From NCBI GenBank assembly GCA_964410585.1, contig CAYPFW010000001.1, forward strand, positions 96,001 to 160,000: DNA of 64,000 nt. Direction: 5' to 3'. Made by a program: the position numbers and the translations under genes. How positions within the stretch are numbered: the stretch's first letter is position 1; the number at the start of each line of letters is the position of its first letter. This DNA comes from an uncultured archaeon. Its GTDB lineage: Archaea; Aenigmatarchaeota; Aenigmatarchaeia; QMZP01; JACQNV01. The notes beneath the pieces were generated by a model. That model had not been told where the DNA came from, did no database searches, and saw only the letters and a list, made by a program, of their open reading frames with translations. Shown one piece after another: positions 18,711 to 26,444 of this stretch.

Positions 18711-18886
18711 CACTTTTCTTTTTCTGCTCAGTTTTGAAAAAAGAAATCGTGTCTCTTTGGTTATATTGTGACACGAGATTGAGTGAGCTTGTCTCACTCA
18801 AGATGTGCTCACTGCTCATGTGCTGTTGCACATGACATCTCAGCATCTATTTCACAGTGAGATGCTGACCTGCACTAAAGAAAACA
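18709..18886. other. Multi-hairpin structured intergenic element (candidate ncRNA or expanded repeat A)
   Basis: Five consecutive inverted repeats; starts with an A-like T/A hairpin and ends with an A-like AAAGAAAAC tail. Confidence 0.55.
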
Positions 18887-18925
18887 AGCGATTGACTTCA
18901 AAAAAATATACAACTAGATACTCTA

Positions 18926-19537
18926 TTAATTTATTTCCATCCTATACTTCTTCGGCAAACCAAATGACGCCACCATCATGACTGCACCGATCACAAGAAA
19001 AACTATTGTATACAAGCTGAATTCAGGTTCTTGTTCAGTTTCAACTGTTTGTATAATAGAAGTATCTTCTCTTTCTTTATTTTCAGTCTCATTAAAGGAA
19101 CTAGCTGCTTTGAGAGCTCCTGTGACTTTTTCTTGACTGATAACTGAAGGACTTGTTAAAGCAGCATCTGCCAAACTATTTATTTCATATTGACTAGAAA
19201 ACTGAGATGAATAAGGCTGAAAAAATGTTGCAAAGGCTCCCAAAAATATCAATCCACCTAAAACCAAAATAACAACAAATTGCGGTGTGTATTGCGGTTT
19301 CACTAAAGTATTTCCTTTTTCAGTTAGTTCATAGTAAATCCATTTATGTCCAGTTTCCTTTCTTTGAATTAGTCTAGAGTCTTCTAAATTTTTCAAGTGT
19401 TCAGAAATTGTGGAGGCTGCCATTCCAAATTCTTTGGCTAACTCAGTCGGCATTTTCCTTCTCCTGGCTAAACTTTTCAGTATATCTATTCTTGTCTCTG
19501 ATGAGAGCGATTTTATCGTAGTCCTATCAAGCTCCAT
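18926..19537 (-). CDS. ArsR-like winged-HTH regulator with transmembrane segments
   Basis: KSLSSETRIDILKSL, STISEHLKNL, WIYYELT; two hydrophobic stretches. Confidence 0.85.
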   Translation of the reverse strand: MELDRTTIKSLSSETRIDILKSLARRRKMPTELAKEFGMAASTISEHLKNLEDSRLIQRKETGHKWIYYELTEKGNTLVKPQYTPQFVVILVLGGLIFLGAFATFFQPYSSQFSSQYEINSLADAALTSPSVISQEKVTGALKAASSFNETENKEREDTSIIQTVETEQEPEFSLYTIVFLVIGAVMMVASFGLPKKYRMEIN

Positions 19538-19578
19538 ATTTAGTGTTTATTTTGTCTTGTTTAAATATGACCTGATAT

Positions 19579-19598
19579 TATTCGGTTTCTGCCGAATA
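19579..19598. promoter_or_regulatory. Candidate operator palindrome TATTCGG-N6-CCGAATA
   Basis: Perfect 7-bp inverted repeat just upstream of the TATA box of the HTH gene. Confidence 0.5.
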
Positions 19599-19709
19599 GT
19601 TTGCATAGTCATTTGTTCTTACAAAAAAAGATAAAATATGAATAGATATGTGATAATAATTTCGTTTCTAACAGGTTTTTCGATAGTGGTTTCTACAATT
19701 TTTTTATAG

Positions 19710-20030
19710 TTAAGGGAAAATAATGTGTCTTGATTTGTCAACCCTTGTCCAATCACCCTCACTTGTTTCATATGCCACTAATCTTCTATTGAAAAAAGTT
19801 AGCTTTTTCGGATCGTGTTCTAATGGAATAGGTCCACCATACTCTATCCTATGTGGACCAAACTTTTCCTCAACCCAAGCACCTATGCCGTTTATTGTAA
19901 ATCTCCATAGGGTGTATTCATAATTTCCAAAAAATCTTCTACACCTTTTTTGTTCAGTTGGTTCTCTGATATGAAAACCAAGTGCTCTCATCTGCTGTAC
20001 GAATCCGGGTATCATATATAGGTCTGTCAT
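19710..20030 (-). CDS. Hypothetical protein
   Basis: 106-aa ATG ORF filling the intergenic gap. Confidence 0.55.
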   Translation of the reverse strand: MTDLYMIPGFVQQMRALGFHIREPTEQKRCRRFFGNYEYTLWRFTINGIGAWVEEKFGPHRIEYGGPIPLEHDPKKLTFFNRRLVAYETSEGDWTRVDKSRHIIFP

Positions 20031-20059
20031 TCAAAAAGTATATAAGATAGTTTTAAATT

Positions 20060-20338
20060 ATGATCACTCCTGAAAATTTAGTCAGACACGAACTAATAGG
20101 CCTGAAAGTCCTAGTTGAAAAATCAACAAACAAGTTGCAGCAAGGCCTGTCTGGAACAATAGTTGACGAAACAAGGCAAACGCTTACCCTCAGAGATTCT
20201 GCCGGAGAAAAACAGGTTTTGAAGGATCAGTGTGTTTTTGTTTTTTCTCTTCCTTCTGAAAAAAAAGTCCGGGTTGATGGAAAAGTACTTGTTTCTAGAC
20301 CAGAAGATAGGATAAAGAAAAAACTGAGAGTGTGGTAG
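20060..20338 (+). CDS. rnp1: Ribonuclease P protein component 1 (Rpp29/Pop4)
   Basis: HELIGLKV, GTIVDET, RPEDRIKK. Confidence 0.95.
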   Translation: MITPENLVRHELIGLKVLVEKSTNKLQQGLSGTIVDETRQTLTLRDSAGEKQVLKDQCVFVFSLPSEKKVRVDGKVLVSRPEDRIKKKLRVW

Positions 20339-20339
20339 T

Positions 20340-20564
20340 ATGGAAGTGAAAAAGGGAAAATACTTGCATTACAAGGGAAAAGAATACAAAGTCCTTGGAG
20401 TAGCAAAACACAGCGAGACAATGGAAGATCTAGTTGTCTATCAAGCGCTTTATGATTCAAAAGAGTTTGGCAAAAATGCGCTTTGGGTAAGGCCAAAGAA
20501 AATGTTTCTGGAAAATGTTGTTGTGGATGGAAAAGAAGTGCCTAGGTTCAAGATGATCACGTGA
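20340..20564 (+). CDS. DUF1653 family protein
   Basis: GKYLHYKG, AKHSET, VVYQALY, WVRP..MF. Confidence 0.9.
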   Translation: MEVKKGKYLHYKGKEYKVLGVAKHSETMEDLVVYQALYDSKEFGKNALWVRPKKMFLENVVVDGKEVPRFKMIT

Positions 20565-20884
20565 AGAGATTTAAATCTAATCATGCTATTCTGCTTATGG
20601 GTTACATAGATCAAATTTTTAGACGTCCAGAGGACGATGTATTTGTCGTAGCAGAACCAAGACATGGAATAGCTGGTCTACAATATATTGGATCAGTGCC
20701 CTATAGACTCGATTTCCCGAATAGAGCTGTAGATAGTGCTCACTATGTTTCTAGAGCTGAATTAAGAAGAGCTCTTGCAGATAAACAAATAGAGCTTGAA
20801 AGAAGTTTAGCTATAACAGGTGATATACTTGAAAGCCTTGATCCGAGGAAGATGAAAAAGCAAACTGATAGAGCAGAATCCTAA
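20561..20884 (+). CDS. Hypothetical protein
   Basis: ORF overlapping the DUF1653 stop (GTGA); alternative ATG at 20597. Confidence 0.5.
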   Translation: MKRFKSNHAILLMGYIDQIFRRPEDDVFVVAEPRHGIAGLQYIGSVPYRLDFPNRAVDSAHYVSRAELRRALADKQIELERSLAITGDILESLDPRKMKKQTDRAES

Positions 20885-20930
20885 TTATATTTGAATTATT
20901 TATATACTCGGGAGTACCAATTTAGGTATT

Positions 20931-21143
20931 ATGGCAGAACATTCAAAAGGTTGTAGGGCTGCTTTGGCTGTATTTGGCCTGCTATTTTTGTTAGTGGGTT
21001 TGTATGCAGTCATGGGTGACCTTGGATCAGCAACAAAAATGGTTGACAAATGGTCTTTGGTCATCGTCCTTGGAGGCTTAATGCTTCTCCTTAAAGGAGC
21101 ATTTGGCGGAAAATGTGCAGCATGTGGTGGTCAATCAAAATAA
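20931..21143 (+). CDS. Small membrane protein
   Basis: Two hydrophobic helices and a C-terminal CxxC; TTTATATA upstream. Confidence 0.65.
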   Translation: MAEHSKGCRAALAVFGLLFLLVGLYAVMGDLGSATKMVDKWSLVIVLGGLMLLLKGAFGGKCAACGGQSK

Positions 21144-21171
21144 TTTTGGGCCACTTAATTTTTTCTATTTC

Positions 21172-21624
21172 TTATTTTTCTTTGTTTAGAATATTCAGAA
21201 GATCGACTAAATATCTTATTGTGTATGTTGGTTCCTCCTCCTTTGTTTGAGGAAGAATTTTAGAGTATTTCCCAAATTTGAACCAAACAGTTTTCATGCC
21301 AGCCTTATTTCCAGCTTTTATTTCAGCCTGAATTTTGTCACCAACAACCAACACCTCTTCTGGTTTCAATCCCATTTCAGCTGCACATTCCAAAAAATGT
21401 TTTTTATCCTTGTGCTCGCCTTCAACAACGATTATTTTTGTGAATTTTTTATCCAACCCCTTTTCTTCCAAACTTTCCAATCTATGCCCCTCGCCTGTTG
21501 TGATTAGGCAAAGTTTGTATTTCTTAGAAAGTTCCTCTAAAAGTCCTGGAACTTCGTCTATTAAGTCCCATTTTTCTGGGTCAAACAGAGTCCTATTATA
21601 ATCAAAAATTATTCCTTTAATCAT
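21172..21624 (-). CDS. HAD-superfamily hydrolase
   Basis: IIFDYNRTL, VVGD, AGMKTVW. Confidence 0.85.
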   Translation of the reverse strand: MIKGIIFDYNRTLFDPEKWDLIDEVPGLLEELSKKYKLCLITTGEGHRLESLEEKGLDKKFTKIIVVEGEHKDKKHFLECAAEMGLKPEEVLVVGDKIQAEIKAGNKAGMKTVWFKFGKYSKILPQTKEEEPTYTIRYLVDLLNILNKEK

Positions 21625-21672
21625 GTTCTATGATTGAAACTGCACATTTAAAAACAAAATCCAATTAGAACC

Positions 21673-21963
21673 ATGCCAACAAAAGAAGAAGTGATAGAGG
21701 TCCTGAAGAAAATAGAAGATCCTGAAATTCATATTGATATCTGGACACTGGAATTGGTGAGGGATATTGTAATTGAAAATGAAAGGGTAAAAATTAAAAT
21801 GACCCTGACAACACCTGCTTGTCCATATGGGCCTGCTTTAATACAAGAAGTTGAAAGCACACTCAAAACCCTTCCAGGTATAAATTCAGTTGAAATAGAA
21901 CTTGTTTTCTCTCCCCCTTGGCAGCCTTCAGATGAAGTAAAGGAAATGTTGGGGCTCACTTAA
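21673..21963 (+). CDS. MIP18/SufT (DUF59) Fe-S assembly protein
   Basis: DPEI..DI..L.LV, MTLTTPACP, PPW. Confidence 0.92.
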   Translation: MPTKEEVIEVLKKIEDPEIHIDIWTLELVRDIVIENERVKIKMTLTTPACPYGPALIQEVESTLKTLPGINSVEIELVFSPPWQPSDEVKEMLGLT

Positions 21964-21979
21964 GCCTTTATAAACACCA

Positions 21980-22030
21980 GCTAGCCTTCTTTTAGAAAAA
22001 GAAGGCTACCGTACCCAAGAAAACTATAAT
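21980..22030 (+). repeat. Repeat A
   Basis: Perfect 12-bp stem TAGCCTTCTTTT-AGA-AAAAGAAGGCTA followed by CCGTACCCAAGAAAAC. Confidence 0.92.
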
Positions 22031-22070
22031 TCACATTTATAAATACCTCATTTCTATATACTAAGATAAT

Positions 22071-22391
22071 ATGAAAACAAACATAGGCGTTGAAGCCAAC
22101 CCACCAAAAGAAAAGTGCGAAGATAAGAAATGCCCATGGCATGGCCAGCTTTCTGTTAGAGGCAGGGTCTTCGATGTAGTGATAAAAAGCACAAAACCAA
22201 ACAAAACAGCAATTGTCGGCTGGGATTACAATCTATATTTGCAAAAATACGAAAGGTTTGAAAGAAGAAAAAGCAGGTTATCTGCATACAATCCTTCTTG
22301 TTTGAGGGCAAAGGAAGGCGACAAAGTAAGGATAGCAGAGTGCAAGCCTCTTTCAAAAACAAAAAGCTTCGTAGTTGTTGGAAAGCTTTGA
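22071..22391 (+). CDS. rps17: 30S ribosomal protein S17
   Basis: CEDKKCPWHG, KYERFERRKS, ECKPLSKTKSF. Confidence 0.96.
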   Translation: MKTNIGVEANPPKEKCEDKKCPWHGQLSVRGRVFDVVIKSTKPNKTAIVGWDYNLYLQKYERFERRKSRLSAYNPSCLRAKEGDKVRIAECKPLSKTKSFVVVGKL

Positions 22392-22484
22392 TAGGAAACT
22401 TTTTGCCTTCCTATCAACAAGTTCGTCTGATGTGGAGATGACGAACATTTATAAGATCGGTGATCAATATACCTATTCAAAAGG

Positions 22485-22578
22485 TTTAAGCGTCGCGGAA
22501 GGCGTAAAATTTTTCCGAGCAACAGCGAAGAAAAATTTAGCCTCCTGTTTTGCTTAAGCTTTTGGGACAAAAGCTTAT
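22485..22578 (+). repeat. Repeat B upstream of rpl14
   Basis: TTAAGC..GGAAGGCG..AAATTTTTC CGAGCAACAGCGAA GAAAAATTT AGCCTCC..GCTTAAGCTTTTGGGACAAAAGCTTAT(ATG). Confidence 0.92.
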
Positions 22579-22977
22579 ATGAAGGGACTTTCAGCTAACA
22601 TCACAAAAGGACTTGGAACAAAATCCATACTCACATGTATAGACAATACAGGTGCAAAAGAATTGGAAATAATATCTGTCCGAGGATTCAAGGGTAAAAG
22701 AAGGACAAAACCAAGAGCAGGCGTCGGTGACCAAGTCACATGCAGAGTGAAAAGGGGAGTTGAAAAAGTCAGGCACGAAATGTTCAAAGTTGTGATTGTT
22801 AGGCAAACAAAAGAATACAGAAGGTTTGATGGAACAAGAATAAGCTTTGAAGACAATGCAGGTGTAATAATCAATGAAATGGGTGAGCCAACAGGAACCC
22901 TTTTGAAAGGCCCAATTGCAAAAGAAGCTGTGGAAAGATTCCCAACAGTTGGAAAGTTGGCATCAATAATAATTTGA
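22579..22977 (+). CDS. rpl14: 50S ribosomal protein L14
   Basis: DNTGAK, AGVGD, FEDNAGVI, KGPIAKEA. Confidence 0.97.
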   Translation: MKGLSANITKGLGTKSILTCIDNTGAKELEIISVRGFKGKRRTKPRAGVGDQVTCRVKRGVEKVRHEMFKVVIVRQTKEYRRFDGTRISFEDNAGVIINEMGEPTGTLLKGPIAKEAVERFPTVGKLASIII

Positions 22978-22978
22978 T

Positions 22979-23191
22979 ATGGTCAACGTAACAAGAATAG
23001 GTGGATACACAGTAAGAGAAGATAGTGAAGAGATTCATGTTGTGATGCCTTCGGGAAGAGTTGCAGAGATTGATGGTGATGATTATCACGCTTTCCGTAA
23101 CCAAGTATATGCGGCCATGCGATCAGGTGCAACTGTTGCAGTTGATGTGCTTAGTAATTTTTTGAAGGATAGAGGAATTAGAAATTTATGA
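22979..23191 (+). CDS. Orphan hypothetical protein inserted between rpl14 and rpl24
   Basis: 70-aa ORF starting 1 nt after the rpl14 stop, with ATGA overlap into rpl24. Confidence 0.65.
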   Translation: MVNVTRIGGYTVREDSEEIHVVMPSGRVAEIDGDDYHAFRNQVYAAMRSGATVAVDVLSNFLKDRGIRNL

Positions 23192-23589
23192 AAACACAGT
23201 GGTCAACAAGCTGGATAAGCAGCAAGCAGCCAAGGAAGCAAAGAAAATATAGATACAATGCTCCTCTTCATGTCAGAAGAAAATTTGTTTCAGCACACTT
23301 ATCAAAAGTTCTTAGAAAAAGATTCAACAGAAGGGCAGTCCCTTTGAGAAAAGGTGATGAAGTCGAGGTCATGAGAGGAAATTTCAGTGGCCAAAAAGGC
23401 AAGGTTGAAAGAGTAGATCTTAAACACTCCAAAGTTTATGTTGAAAACATAAAAGTAAAAAAAGTCAACGGCACAGAAGTTTTAAAACCTTTAGAGCCTT
23501 CAAATCTCCTAATAACAAACCTGGTCCTCGAAGACAAAATGAGGAAAAAAGTCTTGGAAAAGAAAATGATCAAAGAGGAGGCTAAATAA
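23188..23589 (+). CDS. rpl24: 50S ribosomal protein L24
   Basis: SKQPRKQRK, APLH, KGDEVEVMRG KOW motif. Confidence 0.96.
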   Translation: MKTQWSTSWISSKQPRKQRKYRYNAPLHVRRKFVSAHLSKVLRKRFNRRAVPLRKGDEVEVMRGNFSGQKGKVERVDLKHSKVYVENIKVKKVNGTEVLKPLEPSNLLITNLVLEDKMRKKVLEKKMIKEEAK

Positions 23590-24305
23590 TGTACCTAAAA
23601 AGATATTCAGCTCCAGAGCAATGGAAGATTGGAAAAAAAGCATACACATGGGTAGTTAAACCATCTCCTGGACCTCATCCGCTGAAAAAATCTATTCCCC
23701 TTCAAATTCTTGTTAGGGACGTTTTCAAATTCGCAGACACGGCAGCAGAAGCAAAAAAAATAATCCATTCTGGAAAAATTTTAGTTGACAAAAAAGAAAG
23801 GAAAGATCCAAAATATCCTGTCGGTTTAATGGATTTGATAGATATACCATCTATCCAAAAATCATATAGAGTTTTCCCATCCAAAAAAGGACTTGAGGTT
23901 CTCGAAGCTAGCCAAAGTGAAAACGCAAAACTTTGCAGAATAAACGACAAAAGAACATTGAAGAAAAATGTTTTCCAATTAAATCTTCATGACGGAAGAA
24001 ATCTTATCACAAGTGAAAACACATACAAGCCAGGCGATTCTATTCTGATTAGTTTACCAGGACAGGAAATTGTAAAACATTATTCACTAAAACAGGGCGA
24101 ACATGCTTATGTTATTTCAGGAAAAAATATTGGATTCAAAGGCTCAATAAAAGAAATAAAACAAAGAAAGTATATGAGAGAAAGTAGTAAAGTTGTTTTG
24201 GAAAAAGACAAAGACAGGATAGAAACTCTGAAAGATTACATTTTGGTTGGTGAGTTAACAGGCGAACAAAAAGTTGAAAAGAAAAAGAAAAAAGAAAGTG
24301 AATAG
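23589..24305 (+). CDS. rps4e: 30S ribosomal protein S4e
   Basis: LKRYSAP, PSPGPH, PVGLMD, QLNLHDGRN. Confidence 0.96.
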   Translation: MYLKRYSAPEQWKIGKKAYTWVVKPSPGPHPLKKSIPLQILVRDVFKFADTAAEAKKIIHSGKILVDKKERKDPKYPVGLMDLIDIPSIQKSYRVFPSKKGLEVLEASQSENAKLCRINDKRTLKKNVFQLNLHDGRNLITSENTYKPGDSILISLPGQEIVKHYSLKQGEHAYVISGKNIGFKGSIKEIKQRKYMRESSKVVLEKDKDRIETLKDYILVGELTGEQKVEKKKKKESE

Positions 24306-24307
24306 AT

Positions 24308-24823
24308 ATGTTGAGCATGCGAGATGTTAAATTGGAAAAGGTTACGATTAATGTAGGCACAGGAGAACCTGGACCTAAATTAGAAAAAGCAAGAAAAATA
24401 GTTGAAAAAATAAGTCAAAGAAAGGCAGTTATTACAAAGGCTAAAAAGAGAACAACTTTCGGAACAGTCAAAGGAAAGCAAATAGGTGTTAAAGTCACAT
24501 TGAGAGGAAAGCCTGCAGCAGAATTTTTAAAAAGTGCTTTCAAGTCTGTTGGAAACAAGCTAAAGGCTTCACAGTTTGATGCTTCAGGAAACTTTTCATT
24601 TGGAATAGAGGAATACATAAACATCCCCGGTATAAAATATGATCCGGAAGTTGGTATGATGGGAATGGATGTATGTGTTACACTCCAAAGACCTGGATAT
24701 AGGGTTAAGAAAAGGATGATAAGGCCGGCAAAAATAGGTAAAAATCATTTGCTAAAAAAAGAAGATTCAATTGAATTTGTAAAAAAACAATTTGGAATAC
24801 AAATATCTGAGGATCAAAAATAA
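24308..24823 (+). CDS. rpl5: 50S ribosomal protein L5
   Basis: KVTINVG, IGVKVTLRG, GNFSFGI, YDPEVGMMGMDV. Confidence 0.97.
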   Translation: MLSMRDVKLEKVTINVGTGEPGPKLEKARKIVEKISQRKAVITKAKKRTTFGTVKGKQIGVKVTLRGKPAAEFLKSAFKSVGNKLKASQFDASGNFSFGIEEYINIPGIKYDPEVGMMGMDVCVTLQRPGYRVKKRMIRPAKIGKNHLLKKEDSIEFVKKQFGIQISEDQK

Positions 24824-24854
24824 AATCATGGAGGGTCTAGAAATATAAAAAAAG

Positions 24855-24941
24855 TTTAAGCGTGGAAGGCGTAATTTTTTGCAAGCAACAGCGAAGCAAA
24901 AAATAGCCTCCGTTTTTGCTTAAGCTTTTGACTAAAAGCTT
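24855..24941 (+). repeat. Repeat B upstream of rps14
   Basis: TTAAGCGTGGAAGGCG..TTTTTTGC AAGCAACAGCGAA GCAAAAAA TAGCCTCC..GCTTAAGCTTTTGACTAAAAGCTT(ATG). Confidence 0.92.
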
Positions 24942-25163
24942 ATGAGCTTTGAAAATTCATTGAAACAGGTGAAGAATAAACCAGAAAAAATGAAAAGGGT
25001 ACTTAAATTTAGTTCACCCAAAAAAAGAAAATTTGGAAAAAATTCTCATCCCTGCAGAAGATGTGGTAGGACAAGGGGAGTAATAATGAAGTATGGCTTG
25101 CAATATTGCAGGCAATGTTTCAGAGAGCAAGCACAGAGGCTTGGTTTCAACAAATTTTCCTGA
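24942..25163 (+). CDS. rps14: 30S ribosomal protein S14 (zinc-binding)
   Basis: CRRCG...KYGLQYCRQCFRE.A..LGF. Confidence 0.95.
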   Translation: MSFENSLKQVKNKPEKMKRVLKFSSPKKRKFGKNSHPCRRCGRTRGVIMKYGLQYCRQCFREQAQRLGFNKFS

Positions 25164-25164
25164 T

Positions 25165-25285
25165 CCTAACCTTTTAGGAAAAGGTTAAGGTTCACCCAAA
25201 GAAACTACAGCTGAGTTCAACAAAGCTACCGTACCCAAAAATCAAAAATATACAAATTTGGGAACCCAGAGAAACAGTATACAAA
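25165..25285 (+). repeat. A-like hairpin plus three tandem degenerate tails between rps14 and rps8
   Basis: TAACCTTTTAGGAAAAGGTTA + CACCCAAAGAAAC; GCTACCGTACCCAAAAATC; AACCCAGAGAAACAGTATACA. Confidence 0.8.
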
Positions 25286-25304
25286 ATCAATTGACGAGGA
25301 AAAT

Positions 25305-25691
25305 ATGCGACATGACCTAATATCAGACGTCTTCACAATATTGAAGAACGCAGAGAATGTTGGAAAGAAAGAATGTGTAGTCAAAGCTTCAAACTTGACA
25401 AAGGACATATTAAAAACAGCACAAAAACACAAATATATAGGTGATTTCGAGTTCATAGATGATGGTAAGGGCGGCCAGTTCAAAATCCAACTTTTAGGTA
25501 GAATAAACAACTGCAATTCGGTTAAGCCAAGATTTTCTGTGAAAAAAGATGAATTCATAAAATATGAGAAAAGATATTTGCCTGCAGATAAAGTTGGGTT
25601 ACTTTTTGTAACAACTTCAAAAGGAGTTTTTGATCATCACACAGCTAAAAAAGAAAAAGTTGGCGGCAAACTTTTAGGGTTTATCTATTAA
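25305..25691 (+). CDS. rps8: 30S ribosomal protein S8
   Basis: YIGDFEFIDDGKGG, GRINNC..VKPRF, TTSKG, GGKLL. Confidence 0.96.
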   Translation: MRHDLISDVFTILKNAENVGKKECVVKASNLTKDILKTAQKHKYIGDFEFIDDGKGGQFKIQLLGRINNCNSVKPRFSVKKDEFIKYEKRYLPADKVGLLFVTTSKGVFDHHTAKKEKVGGKLLGFIY

Positions 25692-25692
25692 T

Positions 25693-25959
25693 ATGGTATC
25701 AGCAAAAAAAGACATAGAAAAAGCGAAGAAGGAGAATAAATTACTTTTAGGAACAAACATAGTTCTGAAAAAACTAAAAGGCGGCGAGCTGAAAACAGTG
25801 ATTTACAGTTCAAACTGCCCTGGAGAAACAAAAAAAGATTTAGAGTATTATCACAAATTAAGCAACATAGAGATCCAAGAATTTGAGGGGACATCAAAAC
25901 AACTTGGCGAGGTTTGTGGTAAACCGTTCAATACACTAGTTATTGGCATAAAGAAATAG
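25693..25959 (+). CDS. rpl30e: 50S ribosomal protein L30e
   Basis: LLGTN..LK, SSNCP, LGEVCGKPF. Confidence 0.93.
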   Translation: MVSAKKDIEKAKKENKLLLGTNIVLKKLKGGELKTVIYSSNCPGETKKDLEYYHKLSNIEIQEFEGTSKQLGEVCGKPFNTLVIGIKK

Positions 25960-26002
25960 GTATTAATCTCTAAACAGAAACCTATATACAGAGAAACAAA
26001 TT

Positions 26003-26407
26003 ATGACTATTAAGATTTCAACAGAGGACTTTAGAGTTATAAGCACATTTGAAAGAATAACCAAAGTCTATCCAAAAGACTGCTTGATAACAGATGATGT
26101 GATCTATTTTTTGGTTGAAGGCAAAAAAATAAGCCTAGCTATTGGAAAAGGTGGTTCCACAATAAAGGATGTCAGCAAACATTTGGGCAAGCCTGTGAAA
26201 CTTTTTGAATATTCTGAAGATCCACAAACATTTATCAAAAATATGATCCCTTCTGCAGAAGAAGTGAAAATAGACAACGGCAATGTTGACATTTCTGTGC
26301 CTTCAAAAGAAAGGTCTGCTGTGATTGGAAGAGAAGGAAAAAACATCAAGGCAATAAAAGAATTTGCAATCCGGCATTTGGGTGTTTCTAATTTGAGGTT
26401 GAAGTAA
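26003..26407 (+). CDS. nusA: Archaeal NusA (two KH domains)
   Basis: AIGKGGSTI and VIGREGKNI KH motifs; follows rpl30e. Confidence 0.92.
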   Translation: MTIKISTEDFRVISTFERITKVYPKDCLITDDVIYFLVEGKKISLAIGKGGSTIKDVSKHLGKPVKLFEYSEDPQTFIKNMIPSAEEVKIDNGNVDISVPSKERSAVIGREGKNIKAIKEFAIRHLGVSNLRLK

Positions 26408-26444
26408 AAATTCAGTAATATAAGCTCCTTTTTCTAACTATAAT

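Noticed and set aside
18709-18886. RNase P RNA, SRP RNA or tRNA
   Set aside because: I could not find GAGGAAAGTCC, an SRP helix-8 motif or a T-loop on either strand.
22375-22557. 60-aa ORF between rps17 and rpl14
   Set aside because: It is a translation of hairpins and repeat B with a weak start codon.
10015-25300. Repeats A/B as a CRISPR array
   Set aside because: Copies are dispersed and degenerate, lack regular unique spacers, and no cas genes are in the window.
26438-26444. TATAAT as a bacterial -10 box for the sigma-like gene
   Set aside because: It lies immediately before the ATG, has no -35 element, and is expected by chance in AT-rich DNA.
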